A DNA stretch of 63,921 nucleotides, the filler included, from Octopus bimaculoides (lineage: Eukaryota), in assembly GCF_001194135.2 (NCBI RefSeq). It is 5 parts of 5 records of this genome, joined end to end, with 100 filler letters (N's around TTAATTAATTAA, not from the genome) between each part and the next. Parts side by side here need not be neighbours in the genome. Positions count along the whole stretch, not along the records: positions 28,943 to 58,545 come from NC_069000.1; positions 58,646 to 62,754 come from NW_026369946.1; positions 62,855 to 63,921 come from NC_068984.1; 2 more parts are not named here. One strand, given 5' to 3'. The translations under genes and the position numbers were made by a program. Each line of letters starts with the position of its first letter. Position 1 is the first letter of the stretch. The notes under the pieces are model-generated. The model made no database searches and was not told the origin of the DNA. It was given only the letters and a program-made list of their open reading frames with translations. Shown here piece by piece: positions 50,400 to 63,320 of this stretch.

Positions 50400-50790
50400 A
50401 ATGTTCTATTTAGGTCTTCCTTTCAATATTTGTATCCCATAGTACATTTATATGGATGTTTTCAAGGATATTTTCTGTTTTATTATCATACTATTTTCCC
50501 TTATGTTCAAATAACTTGGCTTTTGCATATTCCACAGTGTATGCTTGTTACAATATTGTCATATCTCTCGTTCTTATAAATCCTCTGAGCAGTCATTTTA
50601 CATTCAGATACTATGTGCTCAACTGTCTTTTCTCTTTCACTACACATTCTATAGAGAGCCGAGGTGTCTTCATTATTGACATTCCGCCTGATGCATTTTT
50701 TTTTGTTCTTATTGATAGATCTCAGGCAATTAGGACCAAAATCCTTGTCTCTTTATTTAACACTCTCTTCGTCTGCCATTAAAATAACTT
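50400..50790 (-). mobile_element. R4/Dong-type LINE fragment (zinc knuckle)
   Basis: Frameshifted ...YRMCSEREKTVEHIVSECKMTAQRIYKNERYDNIVTSIH...ENIHINVLWDTNIE. Confidence 0.75.
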
Positions 50791-50804
50791 CTGATCGATA
50801 TCTT

Positions 50805-50851
50805 TTACTACTACTACTACTACTACTACTACTGATAATAATAACAACAGC

Positions 50852-50883
<32 letters not shown>

Positions 50884-50926
50884 CCACAACAACAACAACA
50901 ACAACAACAATAATAATAATAATAAC

Positions 50927-50968
<42 letters not shown>

Positions 50969-50970
50969 GA
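50805..50970. repeat. (CTA)n/(AAC)n/(AAT)n compound microsatellite
   Basis: Directly visible. Confidence 0.95.
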
Positions 50971-51109
50971 AATCTTGCTATACTTCCCTTACAATAGATC
51001 ATTCCTACTCGTAAACAACACACCGTAGAACGTTAAAATTGCAATGTTTGTAACTTGGAAGAGTTAGTTTAAAAAAGATTAACAGCAAAAATAATAATGA
51101 CAACAACCA

Positions 51110-51966
51110 AGTATCAAAGCTTAATAATGTGCGGAAAGAGAGCCTCTGAGACCTCTGACAGCAGGCAGCTGTCCGCTCTCACAGAATCTGCCAGAACAAA
51201 CAAGGCCGAGCGTTCTGAATAGTAAAACAACAACAATAACAACAAAGGCAACACCTATGATCATGATAATGATATGCAGAGAACATTCAGATCCAATCGC
51301 CCACATATTCTCTGGATGCAGCAGACTAGCACCAAAAGAATACTTAGAAAGTCATTACAGGAAGGCAGGTCTGTAGATACACTGGACAATATGCCACAGA
51401 TATAATCTTCTTCCCTATAACAATTGACAGGAACACAAGCCACCAGAAGTTGCTCAGAATGCCGAGGATATTTATCATCTGGAATTTCAGTGTTCGGACT
51501 GATAGGAAAATGCAGGCAAATCACCCTGATATCATTGTTAAAACTCATATTGAAAAGACTTGTCTCCTGATTGGTGCTGCAACCCCAGCCGACAAAAACA
51601 TCCCTGAAAACGTTTGAAAACAACAAGAGCAACAACCTGGTGTTGGAAATTGGAAGAATGTGGCGTATCAAAACAGTAACATTACGTATTATTACTGGGG
51701 CACTTGGAATGATACCAAGAGGAGCAAACAAGTGTGTGGATCAAATCTCTGGCAGCTCCAAAAGTAGCGAGTTCTAAACGATCGTGCTTAAGTGTACTTC
51801 ACATATTCTACGCAAATTTCATTCCATGAAAACGCAACCTTACACATTCTGTTTCAGTTACGTGGATGGCACCTCATTTGTTACCATCTCCAGATACAAA
51901 ACTCTGTTGTCCCTTGGAGACTTCGATGCAGCTCGTTTAAATTAAAGCGAAACCAGAACATAACAC
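51110..51966 (+). mobile_element. R4/Dong-type LINE 3' fragment ending in (AAT)n
   Basis: HIFSGCSRLAPKEYLESH...IHWTICHRY...LEIGRMWRIKTVTLRIITGALGMIP...HILRK. 3' UTR then (AAT)n from 51967. Confidence 0.8.
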
Positions 51967-52001
<35 letters not shown>

Positions 52002-53093
52002 TAATTTCTTTTTGTAATCGGTGTTTTTGTTGTTGCTGTTGTTACTAAGCTGTTTGAAAACATAATATACCCTCCTTTAACGACGTTTGCTCAAGGACCA
52101 TAATAAAATTTGCATTAGCTTTTTCTTGTTTTAATAAGATTCATTAATTTTTCTTCCAGTTCTCTCTTGTCTAGGAAGTTCTTTGATCTGCATTTGTCTT
52201 CAAAGAACGGTGTTTATATTTTTGCCATTCTCCTACCATTAATTAATTTTCATATTCTTATGTGTAAGTTTGTGTTTCTTTCAAGTTTATTTCATCTAAT
52301 TTTGTGTTTATTTGTATATTTTATCCAATAATGTATATTATTATGTATTTTATTATCTGGTATAATGATAGAGTGTTTATAGCATGTTCTATTCTAAAAG
52401 TTTATATTATTTTACATTATATAGTAAATATAATATTATAATACAGTATACGTTATATATTATATCATTACATTATATTATATTGCATTGAACCATGTTA
52501 TATATTTATATATGATGTATTATTCTATAAAGATTAATATATTCTATTATTCATAATAATCTGTCTTGTTATTTAAACTATGGCATTTATTACCATCACC
52601 GCCATTATCTTGTTATGACTATTGCTCTTACTGATGTTGATATTTCTCCTTGCTGTTGTTTATGGATCTCCGCTTGGGGTGGGGGGTNNNNNNNNNNNNN
52701 NNNNNNNNNNNNNNNNNNNNNNNNNNNNNNNNNNNNNNNNNNNNNNNNNNNNNNNNNNNNNNNNNNNNNNNNNNNNNNNNNNNNNNNNNNNNNNNNNNNN
52801 NNNNNNNNNNNNNNNNNNNNNNNNNNNNNNNNNNNNNNNNNNNNNNNNNNNNNNNNNNNNNNNNNNNNNNNNNNNNNNNNNNNNNNNNNNNNNNNNNNNN
52901 NNNNNNNNNNNNNNNNNNNNNNNNNNNNNNNNNNNNNNNNNNNNNNNNNNNNNNNNNNNNNNNNNNNNNNNNNNNNNNNNNNNNNNNNNNNNNNNNNNNN
53001 NNNNNNNNNNNNNNNNNNNNNNNNNNNNNNNNNNNNNNNNNNNNNNNNNNNNNNNNNNNNNNNNNNNNNNNNNNNNNNNNNNNNNNNNNNNNN

Positions 53094-53125
<32 letters not shown>

Positions 53126-53767
53126 TATTAAAATACGTATATGTACATACTTAATCTACACGTATACATATATGCATATGTGGGCATAGGACGTCATGAA
53201 ACATGTAGAACAAAAAAATACGAAGTACGAGTACATGGAATATGAACTATTTTTTCGAACAACGAAAGACACAAATCTAAAACAAGACAAACAGCATATA
53301 GAACGACCCTTCATCAGTTGTTGGGTGTTTTTCTACTTTTGTATTTCGAGCATTTAACAACAATATACGCTTTCGATAAACCAGTTGCTCCCGCAAAGCA
53401 AATTAAATCAAATTTGGGATTTTGCGGAGGGTCAAAATTGGTAACACAAACAGGACAGTGAAAACAAACAGGAAGGGTTGCTAAGCCTAAACGATGTTGT
53501 GGTAGGGTACGCGTAAATCAAGTTTGGACAGGAGACAGACAAGGACATGTCTTCATTGTTCCAGCTTTTTGAGACAGATTAGAAAGACGAAGCCATTCGC
53601 TGAATAAATTTGTTTGAGGTGNNNNNNNNNNNNNNNNNNNNNNNNNNNNNNNNNNNNNNNNNNNNNNNNNNNNNNNNNNNNNNNNNNNNNNNNNNNNNNN
53701 NNNNNNNNNNNNNNNNNNNNNNNNNNNNNNNNNNNNNNNNNNNNNNNNNNNNNNNNNNNNNNNNNNA

Positions 53768-53969
53768 ATCCTTGGGGGCTTCAGATAGCCCCCCGCCGCC
53801 TGCTTCGACGTTGGGGGTCTTGATGTTGGAGTTTGATCGTGCTTAGTCCGGGCCCTCATCCTCGACCTTGCCGCTATGGGTGGCCCTATCAGGAGTCTAA
53901 GACTCCATACGGCATCGCTGTCAAAATCATTGGAACGCACAAGCTCTTTCACCACGACAAGGGACGACC
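53768..53969 (-). mobile_element. RTE-type LINE 5' end
   Basis: Minus strand CCTTGTCGTGGTGAAAGAGCTTGTGCGTTCCAATGA...GATGCCG...CTCCTGATAGGGCCACCCATAGCGGCAAGGTCGAGG resembles RTE/Expander 5' UTRs as I recall them. The remainder is lost in the gap. Confidence 0.55.
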
Positions 53970-54550
53970 ATATATATGTATGTATATGTATATGTACACA
54001 CAGACACACATACATACACACGCACACACACACACACACACAAATACGAAATACAAAAGAATACGTTATAAGAATTCTAAATCCAAAATTAAATCGGAAA
54101 TAGCCAACAGTGCATATAATAAACAATGGTAAAAGAATATTTATGAGGATAACCAAAAGTCCGAAAATAAACCAAAAATAATACTATCTCTACCACAAAA
54201 ATAACACCTTCCTCTTTAAGAGCACGTGTGTTTGAAAAGGTTTAACGAAAGCGCTCACACACTAGAACAAAAACTTCTTCGCCAAAAAGGTTAGTAGCAT
54301 CCCCATAAAACATTTCAAAACATTTGTTTGTTAAATATTTTTTTTTTAAATCACCTTCACACTTCAAAAATTGTATGAAGTATCCTTCATAGATTTTCAA
54401 GTATTTGAACAACAGATACACAACCAAGATGACATTGACCAGATTTAAATCAACGACAAATTTAAACTAAAGTGACACAATGTTGGAGTAAACCTCGATC
54501 ATACAGTCTTGTGATCAAATTTCAATTCATGATCATTATTATTATTATTA

Positions 54551-55072
54551 AGTAAGAGAGCAGCACATACCATCAAAGTGACACTAGGGTACAAATATAC
54601 CCATCTCAATATACCCATCATGATTACTCATCTGATAAGTGTTCACCAATTACATGCTTTACAACCATATGTGTGCAATATGGTGAGCCCATATCGAGAT
54701 AAACAGCGCATTAACTTGCAGGTGGGAACCAGTTGGAATTGTCTTCAGGTCGAGTATCCCACTCTGCCCAAAAGGTCCCTGAACTAGGTTTGATTAAGGA
54801 TGTTGAACGAAACACCCATATTTCCAGAGGTGAATTAGTCAAACCCCAAAGAATTCATCTCAACGCATGGCTATGGTACTCCTATACTACTTTTGCTCGG
54901 GATCAGAGATGAGCATGACGTCAGCCACCAAGGAACATGGTCCACTGGGCAAAGTCAAGCAACTGGCAACTGACTGTGGAACTGAGGCAGAATATTTGCT
55001 GTGACCCATCTTTTACACCAAGATAACACTTCCAGTCAGTAAAGATCAGAAGCCGGGATAGCCACTGCTTGG

Positions 55073-55075
<3 letters not shown>
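54551..55075 (-). mobile_element. Retroposon family F, longer copy
   Basis: Reverse-homologous to 40615-40963, with (ATT)n at its 3' side (~54533-54550). Confidence 0.7.
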
Positions 55076-55122
<47 letters not shown>

Positions 55123-55139
55123 TTATTATTATTATTATT

Positions 55140-55345
55140 ATCGAGGCGTCTAGCTGGTAGAATGGTTAGCGCACAGGGTAAACAGTTAGCATTTGGTCCA
55201 TCTTAGCATTCTGAGGTCGTCTTAGCCGTTTGTCCTTTTTTTTGGAGGGGGGTCATTAAATTAAGTACCAGTCAAACACTGGGGTCGATGTAATCGACTA
55301 GTCCCCTCCCGTAAAATTTCAGCCCTCGTACCTTTATTAGAAAGG
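55140..55345 (+). mobile_element. SINE family B between (TAC/TAT)n and (ATT)n runs
   Basis: GGCGTCTAGCTGGTAGAATGGTTAGC...TAAGTACCAG...CTGGGGTCGATGTAATCGACTAG. Confidence 0.75.
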
Positions 55346-55350
55346 ATTAC

Positions 55351-55446
<96 letters not shown>

Positions 55447-56984
55447 CATTATTATAAATATAATTGTCCTCGTCGTTTCCGTTGCTATTGCTATTGTCGT
55501 TGTTGTTTGTCTTATTCGTTTTTCTTCCACCGGTTCCCAGTGTTATTTTTCGATCTAACGACGCAGTTGCTGCATGTCTCCCTCCCCCCTTCCCATTATT
55601 CCTACGGGATGAACTTAAATAGATACTGATCAACAGCTATGGGTCGATATAATCGACCAACACCCAACTTTCCCTCATTTAGTGCCATTTTGGTTCAATT
55701 AGAACTAATTTTCTTTATTTTCATTATCTGCATCGTCATCGTCGTAGTAGCCTTCTTCTTCTTCTTCTTCTTCTTCTTCTTCTTCTTCTTCTTCTNNNNN
55801 NNNNNNNNNNNNNNNNNNNNNNNNNNNNNNNNNNNNNNNNNNNNNNNNNNNNNNNNNNNNNNNNNNNNNNNNNNNNNNNNNNNNNNNNNNNNNNNNNNNN
55901 NNNNNNNNNNNNNNNNNNNNNNNNNNNNNNNNNNNNNNNNNNNNNNNNNNNNNNNNNNNNNNNNNNNNNNNNNNNNNNNNNNNNNNNNNNNNNNNNNNNN
56001 NNNNNNNNNNNNNNNNNNNNNNNNNNNNNNNNNNNNNNNNNNNNNNNNNNNNNNNNNNNNNNNNNNNNNNNNNNNNNNNNNNNNNNNNNNNNNNNNNNNN
56101 NNNNNNNNNNNNNNNNNNNNNNNNNNNNNNNNNNNNNNNNNNNNNNNNNNNNNNNNNNNNNNNNNNNNNNNNNNNNNNNNNNNNNNNNNNNNNNNNNNNN
56201 NNNNNNNNNNNNNNNNNNNNNNNNNNNNNNNNNNNNNNNNNNNNNNNNNNNNNNNNNNNNNNNNNNNNNNNNNNNNNNNNNNNNNNNNNNNNNNNNNNNN
56301 NNNNNNNNNCACACACTCATACACAAACACACATACACACATTCACTCACTCGCACACACGTATGGACAATACACATATAAATACCAGCTTTCCTCTGCT
56401 CCTCCGCACATAGAAACATGAATATAAGTGGCGTGCACATTTCCGTATACGCAATCACACGCACACATACACACATGACTACACACACATACAGGACTGA
56501 CACACACGCGCGCGCGCATGGTACACCCATAAACACAAACGTTTGCCACTGGCTACAACAAACTGCTTCGAATGAACAAAGCTGATGAGATGCATTGTTA
56601 CAGACAATAGATTTTTTTGTTAAAAATACATTCTCAACAACAACACCGTTTCCATCATCACTGACACATAATTAAGAAATAGCAAATCAACAATTGCATC
56701 ACTACATGTTCACTACCCTTGTCTAGAAATAGAAGCTAAAGCTGCCCCGAGTTATATCGACAGGATTTAATGAATTAAGAAGATCTTCCTAAAATGCAAA
56801 GCTTCCGTTAGTTTCCTGAAACACTGGTTCTACGGCTTGAAATATTCTTTCTAAGATGCAGACAAGGGAAACAGTTTTCCTTTGGTTGTATGTTGCTGTT
56901 TAAAACATTTTTGTTATAGATGGGAAGTTGCATATGTATGCATCTTTTCTGCCTACAAAGCCACGGATCGGTATGGAATCATCG

Positions 56985-57215
56985 TACAGTATCGCTCCAA
57001 AGTTACCGCACTATCGCCGCAGAACCGCTGCAGTATCATTGCGATGTTGTTTCAGTACCGTCGCAGTACCATCACTGTGCCATCGCTGTGCCGTCGCTGT
57101 GTCGTCGTAGTGCCGTCGCAATGCTGCACTGTCACAGTGTCGTCGCAGTGACATGTTGTTTCAGTGCCATGCTGTCGGAACGTCGTCGCAGTGCTGTCGA
57201 TGTACGGTCGGAGGT
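56985..57215. repeat. Degenerate 11-bp GC-rich minisatellite (approx. CAGTGCCGTCG)
   Basis: Recurrent cgtcgcagtac / catcgctgtgc / cgtcgctgtgt / cgtcgtagtgc / cgtcgcaatgc units. Confidence 0.8.
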
Positions 57216-57762
57216 ATTGCCGTCAGAACTTAACTATCGAAATCGGAAGAAACACTGCAGTTCATCTCCATTTCCCTCACCCTGACAGTTTATTTATAGA
57301 CCATGAGATAGACAAAGGTGAATGAGTATTTAAGTGTTATTGGAAGACAACGGTCGAAGTGCTGTGACAAATACGGCAAGAGATTCTATTCGATGCTCTA
57401 CGGATTCCACTATTTTCACGTTACATTGAATGACATGGTGCTAGATAAACCATATCTGAAACCAAATACTAAATAACCACGGACGAAGTGCCACTGACCA
57501 TTGCCCCACTAAATCAGAACAGATTTGGAGCTTAACATAAGCAACAAGGGGTACAATAACAATAACAATGTTATATAAAATATCAGGTATATGCTATAAA
57601 TGGATAAATTTCCTTAGTCCTAGTTCCATATTTAGACACTCCTGTCACGCAGTGTATATTCACAAAAGAAACTCTTTCTCTCTCTCTCTCTGTCTATCTG
57701 TCTATCTGTCTATCTACCTATTTATTTGCCTGTTTCTCTGTTTACGTATAAACACACACACG

Positions 57763-57817
<55 letters not shown>

Positions 57818-57839
57818 GTACACACTTTTATGCATTTAT

Positions 57840-58135
57840 ATACGACGGGCTTCTTCCAGTTTCCGTCAACCAAATCCACTCAAGGTTTCGGTCGCGCCGT
57901 GTATGTTCATGTGATTTGCCTGTGCAACTGGTATATTATTGTGTATGTGTTGCGCCGTGTGTGACTAGCGTCTGTTATATATGTTTGTGTTTATGTGTAC
58001 AGTGTGTGCGTGTGTTGTGTGTCTATGGGTGTGGGGGGACTTGTAGAAAGAAGGGGGTTGAAAGCCATCGCCCATGATGCTACGCAGTGACCCTGAACCG
58101 GAACCATGTAGTTGGGAGGCAAGCTTCTTACCACC
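57840..58135 (-). mobile_element. SINE family C interrupted by TG-rich sequence
   Basis: cttccagtttccgtcaaccaaatccactcaagg, and ctgaaccggaaccatgtagttgggaggcaagcttcttacc. Confidence 0.7.
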
Positions 58136-58396
58136 CCCACCCCCACCCCCCTACCTGCACCTATATATAGTCATCTTAGGCTGGAAAAACTGCTGAGAAG
58201 AGCGAAACAGACAGAAGCATATCTACAGTAGACACATTTCAGTCTTCTTGCCTGATTATTACCATACACAAGTCGCCATGAGCGTCTCGTCGCCATGAGC
58301 GCCTTTAGTTAATTAAAATGGATTAAAATTAATAAAACAATTGCAGCGTTAAAGGTGTTTATAAACCATTTAAGAAACACACAAAAAAACATTAAA

Positions 58397-58545
58397 TTCA
58401 CTGCAACATTTAAATTTAATTTGCCAAAATATTTTCGTGGCTTTGAGAGCTGTTCACTGAAAAAATTCCGTGCTGCAGCACAGATTTTTGTCAGTGGATT
58501 TGGTAGACAGAAACTGAAAGAAGCCCGTCGTATGCATAGATGTAT
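58397..58545. repeat. Second copy of the hairpin-ended repeat fused to a SINE C segment
   Basis: ttcactgcaacatttaaatttaatttgccaaaatattttcgtggctttgaga.ctgttcactga...gtgctgcagcac...tttttgtcagtg, then gatttggtagacagaaactgaaagaagcccgtcg. Confidence 0.75.
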
Positions 58546-58645
58546 NNNNNNNNNNNNNNNNNNNNNNNNNNNNNNNNNNNNNNNNNNNNTTAATTAATTA
58601 ANNNNNNNNNNNNNNNNNNNNNNNNNNNNNNNNNNNNNNNNNNNN

Positions 58646-61600
58646 TACGTAGTTACGTACGTACGTACATACATACGTAGTTACGTACGTACATAGGTAT
58701 ATTTATACGAAGTTACGCACGTACGTACGGAGATACATATAAGTTGCAACGTACGTACTACGTACATACATCCATACGGAGTTACGTACGTACGTACNNN
58801 NNNNNNNACGTACGTACTACGTACATACATCCATACGGAGTTACGTACGTACGTACATACATCCATACGGAGTTACGTACGTACGTACATACATACGTTG
58901 TTACGCACATAGTACATACATACGTAGTTACCTTCGTACGCACATACATAGTTACGTACTTACGTACGTACTTACGTACATACATACATGCATACGTAGT
59001 TACGAACGTNNNNNNNNNNTTACGAACGTACATACGTATATATATACGTAGTTACGCAGGTACGTACGTAGATACATATATACGTTGTAACGTACGTACT
59101 ACGTACACACATCCATACGTAGTTACGTACGTACGTGCAAACATACGTAGTTACATTCGTACTTACATACATANNNNNNNNNNNNNNNACGTACATACAT
59201 ACGTAGTTACGTACGTACATACATACGTAGTTACGTACATACGTACATAATACGTACGTACATGCGTACGTACATACATACGTACATACATACGTAGTTA
59301 CGTACGTATATACATACTTAGTTATGTACGTACGTAACATATACATACGTAGTCAAGTACGAACGCATGGACATACATACGTAGTTACGCACGTACGTAG
59401 TACATACATACGTAGTTACCTACGTACGGCCATACATACGTAGTTACGTACGAACGTACATACATACGCATTTACGTACGTACGTACATACCTAGTAGAT
59501 ACGTACATACGTAGTAGATACGTACGTACGTACATACATACATACATATGTACGAAGTTACGTACGTACGTAGTACATACATATGTAGTTAAGTACATAG
59601 TACTTACATACATACGTAGTTACGTACATACGTACCTACGTATATACATATGTAGTTACGTACGTACGTACGTACATACATACATACGTAGATAGGAACA
59701 TACGTACGTACGTACATACGTACGTAGTTATGTACGTACAAACATACTTAGTTACGTAGGTACGTACATACATACGTAGTTACGTACGTACGAACGTACT
59801 TGAATACGTAGTCACTTACGTACGTACGTACATACATTCGTAGTTACGGATGTACGTACGTACATACTTAAGGAGTTACGTACGTACGTACATACATACG
59901 TAATTCCGTACGTACGTACATACATACGTAGTTACTTAGGTATGTACGTACATACATACGTAGTTAGGTACGTACGTACATACATGCATAGGTACGTACG
60001 TATATACATACATAGTTACGTACGTACATACATACATACGTACGTATATACGTACGTACATACATACATAGGTACTTACGTACATACATACATAGTTACG
60101 TACGTACTTACATACCTACATAGTTACATACGTACATACATACATATATATTTACATACGTACATATATATACATATTTACGTACACTCATACATACATC
60201 GTTACGTACGCACATACATACATAATTACGTACGTCCATACATACATACATAGTTACGTACGTACATACATACATACATAGTTACATACGTACATACATA
60301 CATGCATAGTTACATTCGTACAAACATACATATATAGTTACGTACGTATATACACACTTACATTGTTACGTACGTGCATACATACTTATATTAGGTACGT
60401 ACGTACATACATACATACGTAGTTAGGTACATACGTGTATACATACATGCATACATACATAGTTAGGTACGTACGTACATGCATACTCACAAAGTTACTT
60501 ACGTACGTACATGCATACGCATGTAGTTACGTACATACGTATATGCATACATACGTAGTTACGTACGAACGTACATGCATACACACGTAGTTACGTANNN
60601 NNNNNNNACGTAGTTACGTACGTATGTACATGCATTCACACGTAGATACGTACGTACGAACATGCAGACACTCATAGATACATACGTACGTACATGCATA
60701 TACACGTAGTTACGTACGTTAGTACATACATACACACGTAGTTAGGTACGAACGTACATACATACACACGTAGTAACGTACGTACATACATACAAACGTA
60801 GTTACGTATGTACGTACATACATACGTAGACACGTATGTATGTACGAACGTACATACATACGTANNNNNNNNNNNNNNNNNNNNNNNNNNNNNNNNNNNN
60901 NNNNNNNNNNNNNNNNNNNNNNNNNNNNNNNNNNNNNNNNNNNNNNNNNNNNNNNNNNNNNNNNNNNGATTACGTAGTTACGTACGTACGTACATACATA
61001 CGTACATACATACGTAGTTACGGACGTACGTATATACATACGTAGTTACGTACGTAATACGTAGTTACGTACGTCTATACATACGTAGTTATGTACCTAC
61101 GTACCTACATATATACGTAGTTACGTACATACGCACATACATACGCAGTTACGTACGTACGTTTACACATTCGTAGTTACGTACGTACGTACGTACGTAC
61201 GTAGATACATACGTACGTACATACATATATATGTAGTTAGGTAGATACATATATACATACGTAGTTACGTACGTAGGTACATACACACGTAGTTACGTAC
61301 GTACGTACATACATACATAATTATGTACGTACGTTCATACATACGTAGTTACGTAAGTACGTACATACATATGTAGTTACGGACGGACGTACATACATAC
61401 GTAGTTACGTACATACATACGTAGTTACGTACGTACGTACATACATATATACGTNNNNNNNNNNTACATACGTAGTTACGTACGTACGTACATACATATA
61501 TACGTAGTTACGTACATACAGACGTAGCTACGTACGTAATTAATACTTATTTACGTGGTTACGTACGTAAGTACTTAAATACGTAGTTACGCTCGTACGT

Positions 61601-62754
61601 ACATACATACGTAGTTAAATTCGGACGTACTTTCGTTCATACATACGTCGTTACGTACGTACGTACATGCAGAGACACGTAGTTACGTACGTAAATGCAT
61701 ATACACTTACGCACGTACGTACATGCATACATACTTACGTACGTACGTACATGCATTCACACATAGTTACATACGTACGTACATACATACACACGTAGTT
61801 ACGTACGAACGTACATACATACGCACGTAGATACGTACGTATATACATACACACGTACTTATGTACATACGTACATACATACACACGTAATTACGTACGA
61901 ACTTACATACATACATACGTAGTTNNNNNNNNNNNNNNNNNNNNNNNNNNNNNNNNNNNNNNNNNNNNNNNNNNNNNNNNNNNNNNNNNNNNNNNNNNNN
62001 NNNNNNNNNNNNNNNNNNNNNNNNNNNNNNNNNNNNNNNNNNNNNNNNNNNNNNNNNNNNNNNNNNNNNNNNNNNNNNNNNNNNNNNNNNNNNNNNNNNN
62101 NNNNNNNNNNNNNNNNNNNNNNNNNNNNNNNNNNNNNNNNNNNNNNTACGTAAGTACGTACATTCGTAGTTACGTACGTACGTACATAAGTACATAATAT
62201 GTAGTTACGTGCGTACGTACGCATATACATACGTAGTTTTGTACGCACGTTTATACATACGTAGTTATGCACGTACGTACGTGTTTACAAACACATGTAG
62301 TTACGTACGTACGTACATACATACGTTGTTACTTACGTACGTACTTACATACATACGTAATTACGTACGTAGTACGTATATACATCTGTACGTAATTACG
62401 TACGTACGTACATACATATATACATAGTTACGTACGTACGTACATACATAGTTACGTACGTACGCATATACATACGTAGTAACGGACGTACGTAAGTACA
62501 TACATACGTAGTTACGTACGTACATACGTACATACATACATGCGTTTTTACGTACGTACGTACATACATACGTAGTTACGTACGTACGAAACATACATAC
62601 GTAGTTACGTACGTACGAAACATACATACAGACGTAGTAAATTACGTACGTACGAAACACTTACATACGTAGTTACGTACGTATGTTCATACGTAGTTAC
62701 GTTCATACGTATATACATACGTAGTTACGTTCTTACGTAAGTTTGTTCATACAT
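58646..62754. repeat. Complex satellite built from TACG/TACA/TAGT tetramers
   Basis: Recurrent anchor TACGTAGTTACGTA with variable numbers of TACG and TACA, e.g. ACATACATACGTAGTTACGT twice at about 61391-61430. Confidence 0.95.
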
Positions 62755-62854
62755 NNNNNNNNNNNNNNNNNNNNNNNNNNNNNNNNNNNNNNNNNNNNTT
62801 AATTAATTAANNNNNNNNNNNNNNNNNNNNNNNNNNNNNNNNNNNNNNNNNNNN

Positions 62855-63320
62855 GGCAGTAGTGATGGTGGTGGCAGTAGTGATGGTGGTGCTGGTGGTG
62901 GTGGCAGTAGTGGTGGTGTAGATGGCAGTGGTGGTGGCAGTAGTGGTGGTGGCAGTAGTGGTGGCGGCAGTAGTGGTGGTGTAGATGGCAGTGGTGGTGA
63001 CAGTAGTGATGGTGGTGCTGGCGGTGGTAGCAGTAGTGGGTGGTGGTGTTGATAACAGTGGTGGCAGTAGCATTGGTGGTGGCATCCACATTGAAGATGC
63101 TGTTGGTGGTGGTGGTCTTGGTGGTAGTAGTGGTATTGATAGCTTATAGAAGTGGTATTTTGTGGTGGGTGTGGCTGTGAGGGTGTAGTAGTTGTTGATA
63201 CCCTGAATAAAAGTGATGATGGTCATGGTTCATGCGGTGGTCGTGGGTGTTAAGGCTGCAGTACCAGCAGCAGCAGAAGCAGTAATAGTAGCAGCAGCAG
63301 CAGTAGCAGTAGTAGTAGAT
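62855..63320. repeat. Degenerate GGT/GTA/GCA triplet tract
   Basis: Directly visible. Confidence 0.9.

Noticed and set aside
53290-53350. CTGATGA (minus) with a nearby GAAA; also CTGATGA near 1668 (minus), 25915 and 56583
   Set aside because: Stems I-III cannot be formed in the required order, so these are not called as hammerheads.
54242-54472. Protein-like minus-strand frame (YLLFKYLKIYEGYF...CERFR)
   Set aside because: I recognise no family, and its length is within chance expectation for AT-rich DNA.
27540-56536. Long ORFs (120-365 aa) full of X
   Set aside because: They are open only because they span N gaps.
58646-62754. Regularly recurring GTAGTTAC motif as a possible CRISPR-like array
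   Set aside because: The intervening sequence is the same tetramer repeat rather than unique spacers, there are no cas genes, and the context is eukaryotic.
24293-62810. TTAATTAATTAA occurring four times (24293-24304, 28887-28898, 58590-58601, 62799-62810)
   Set aside because: Each sits in the middle of a 100-base block of Ns and gives stops in all six frames. It is an artificial scaffold spacer, not biology.
62799-63226. His/Cys-rich (HHHYCHHH) and Thr-rich ORFs suggestive of a metal-binding protein or mucin
   Set aside because: They derive from a degenerate GGT/GTA/GCA triplet tract, are open in several frames, run into a gap and have no splice support.
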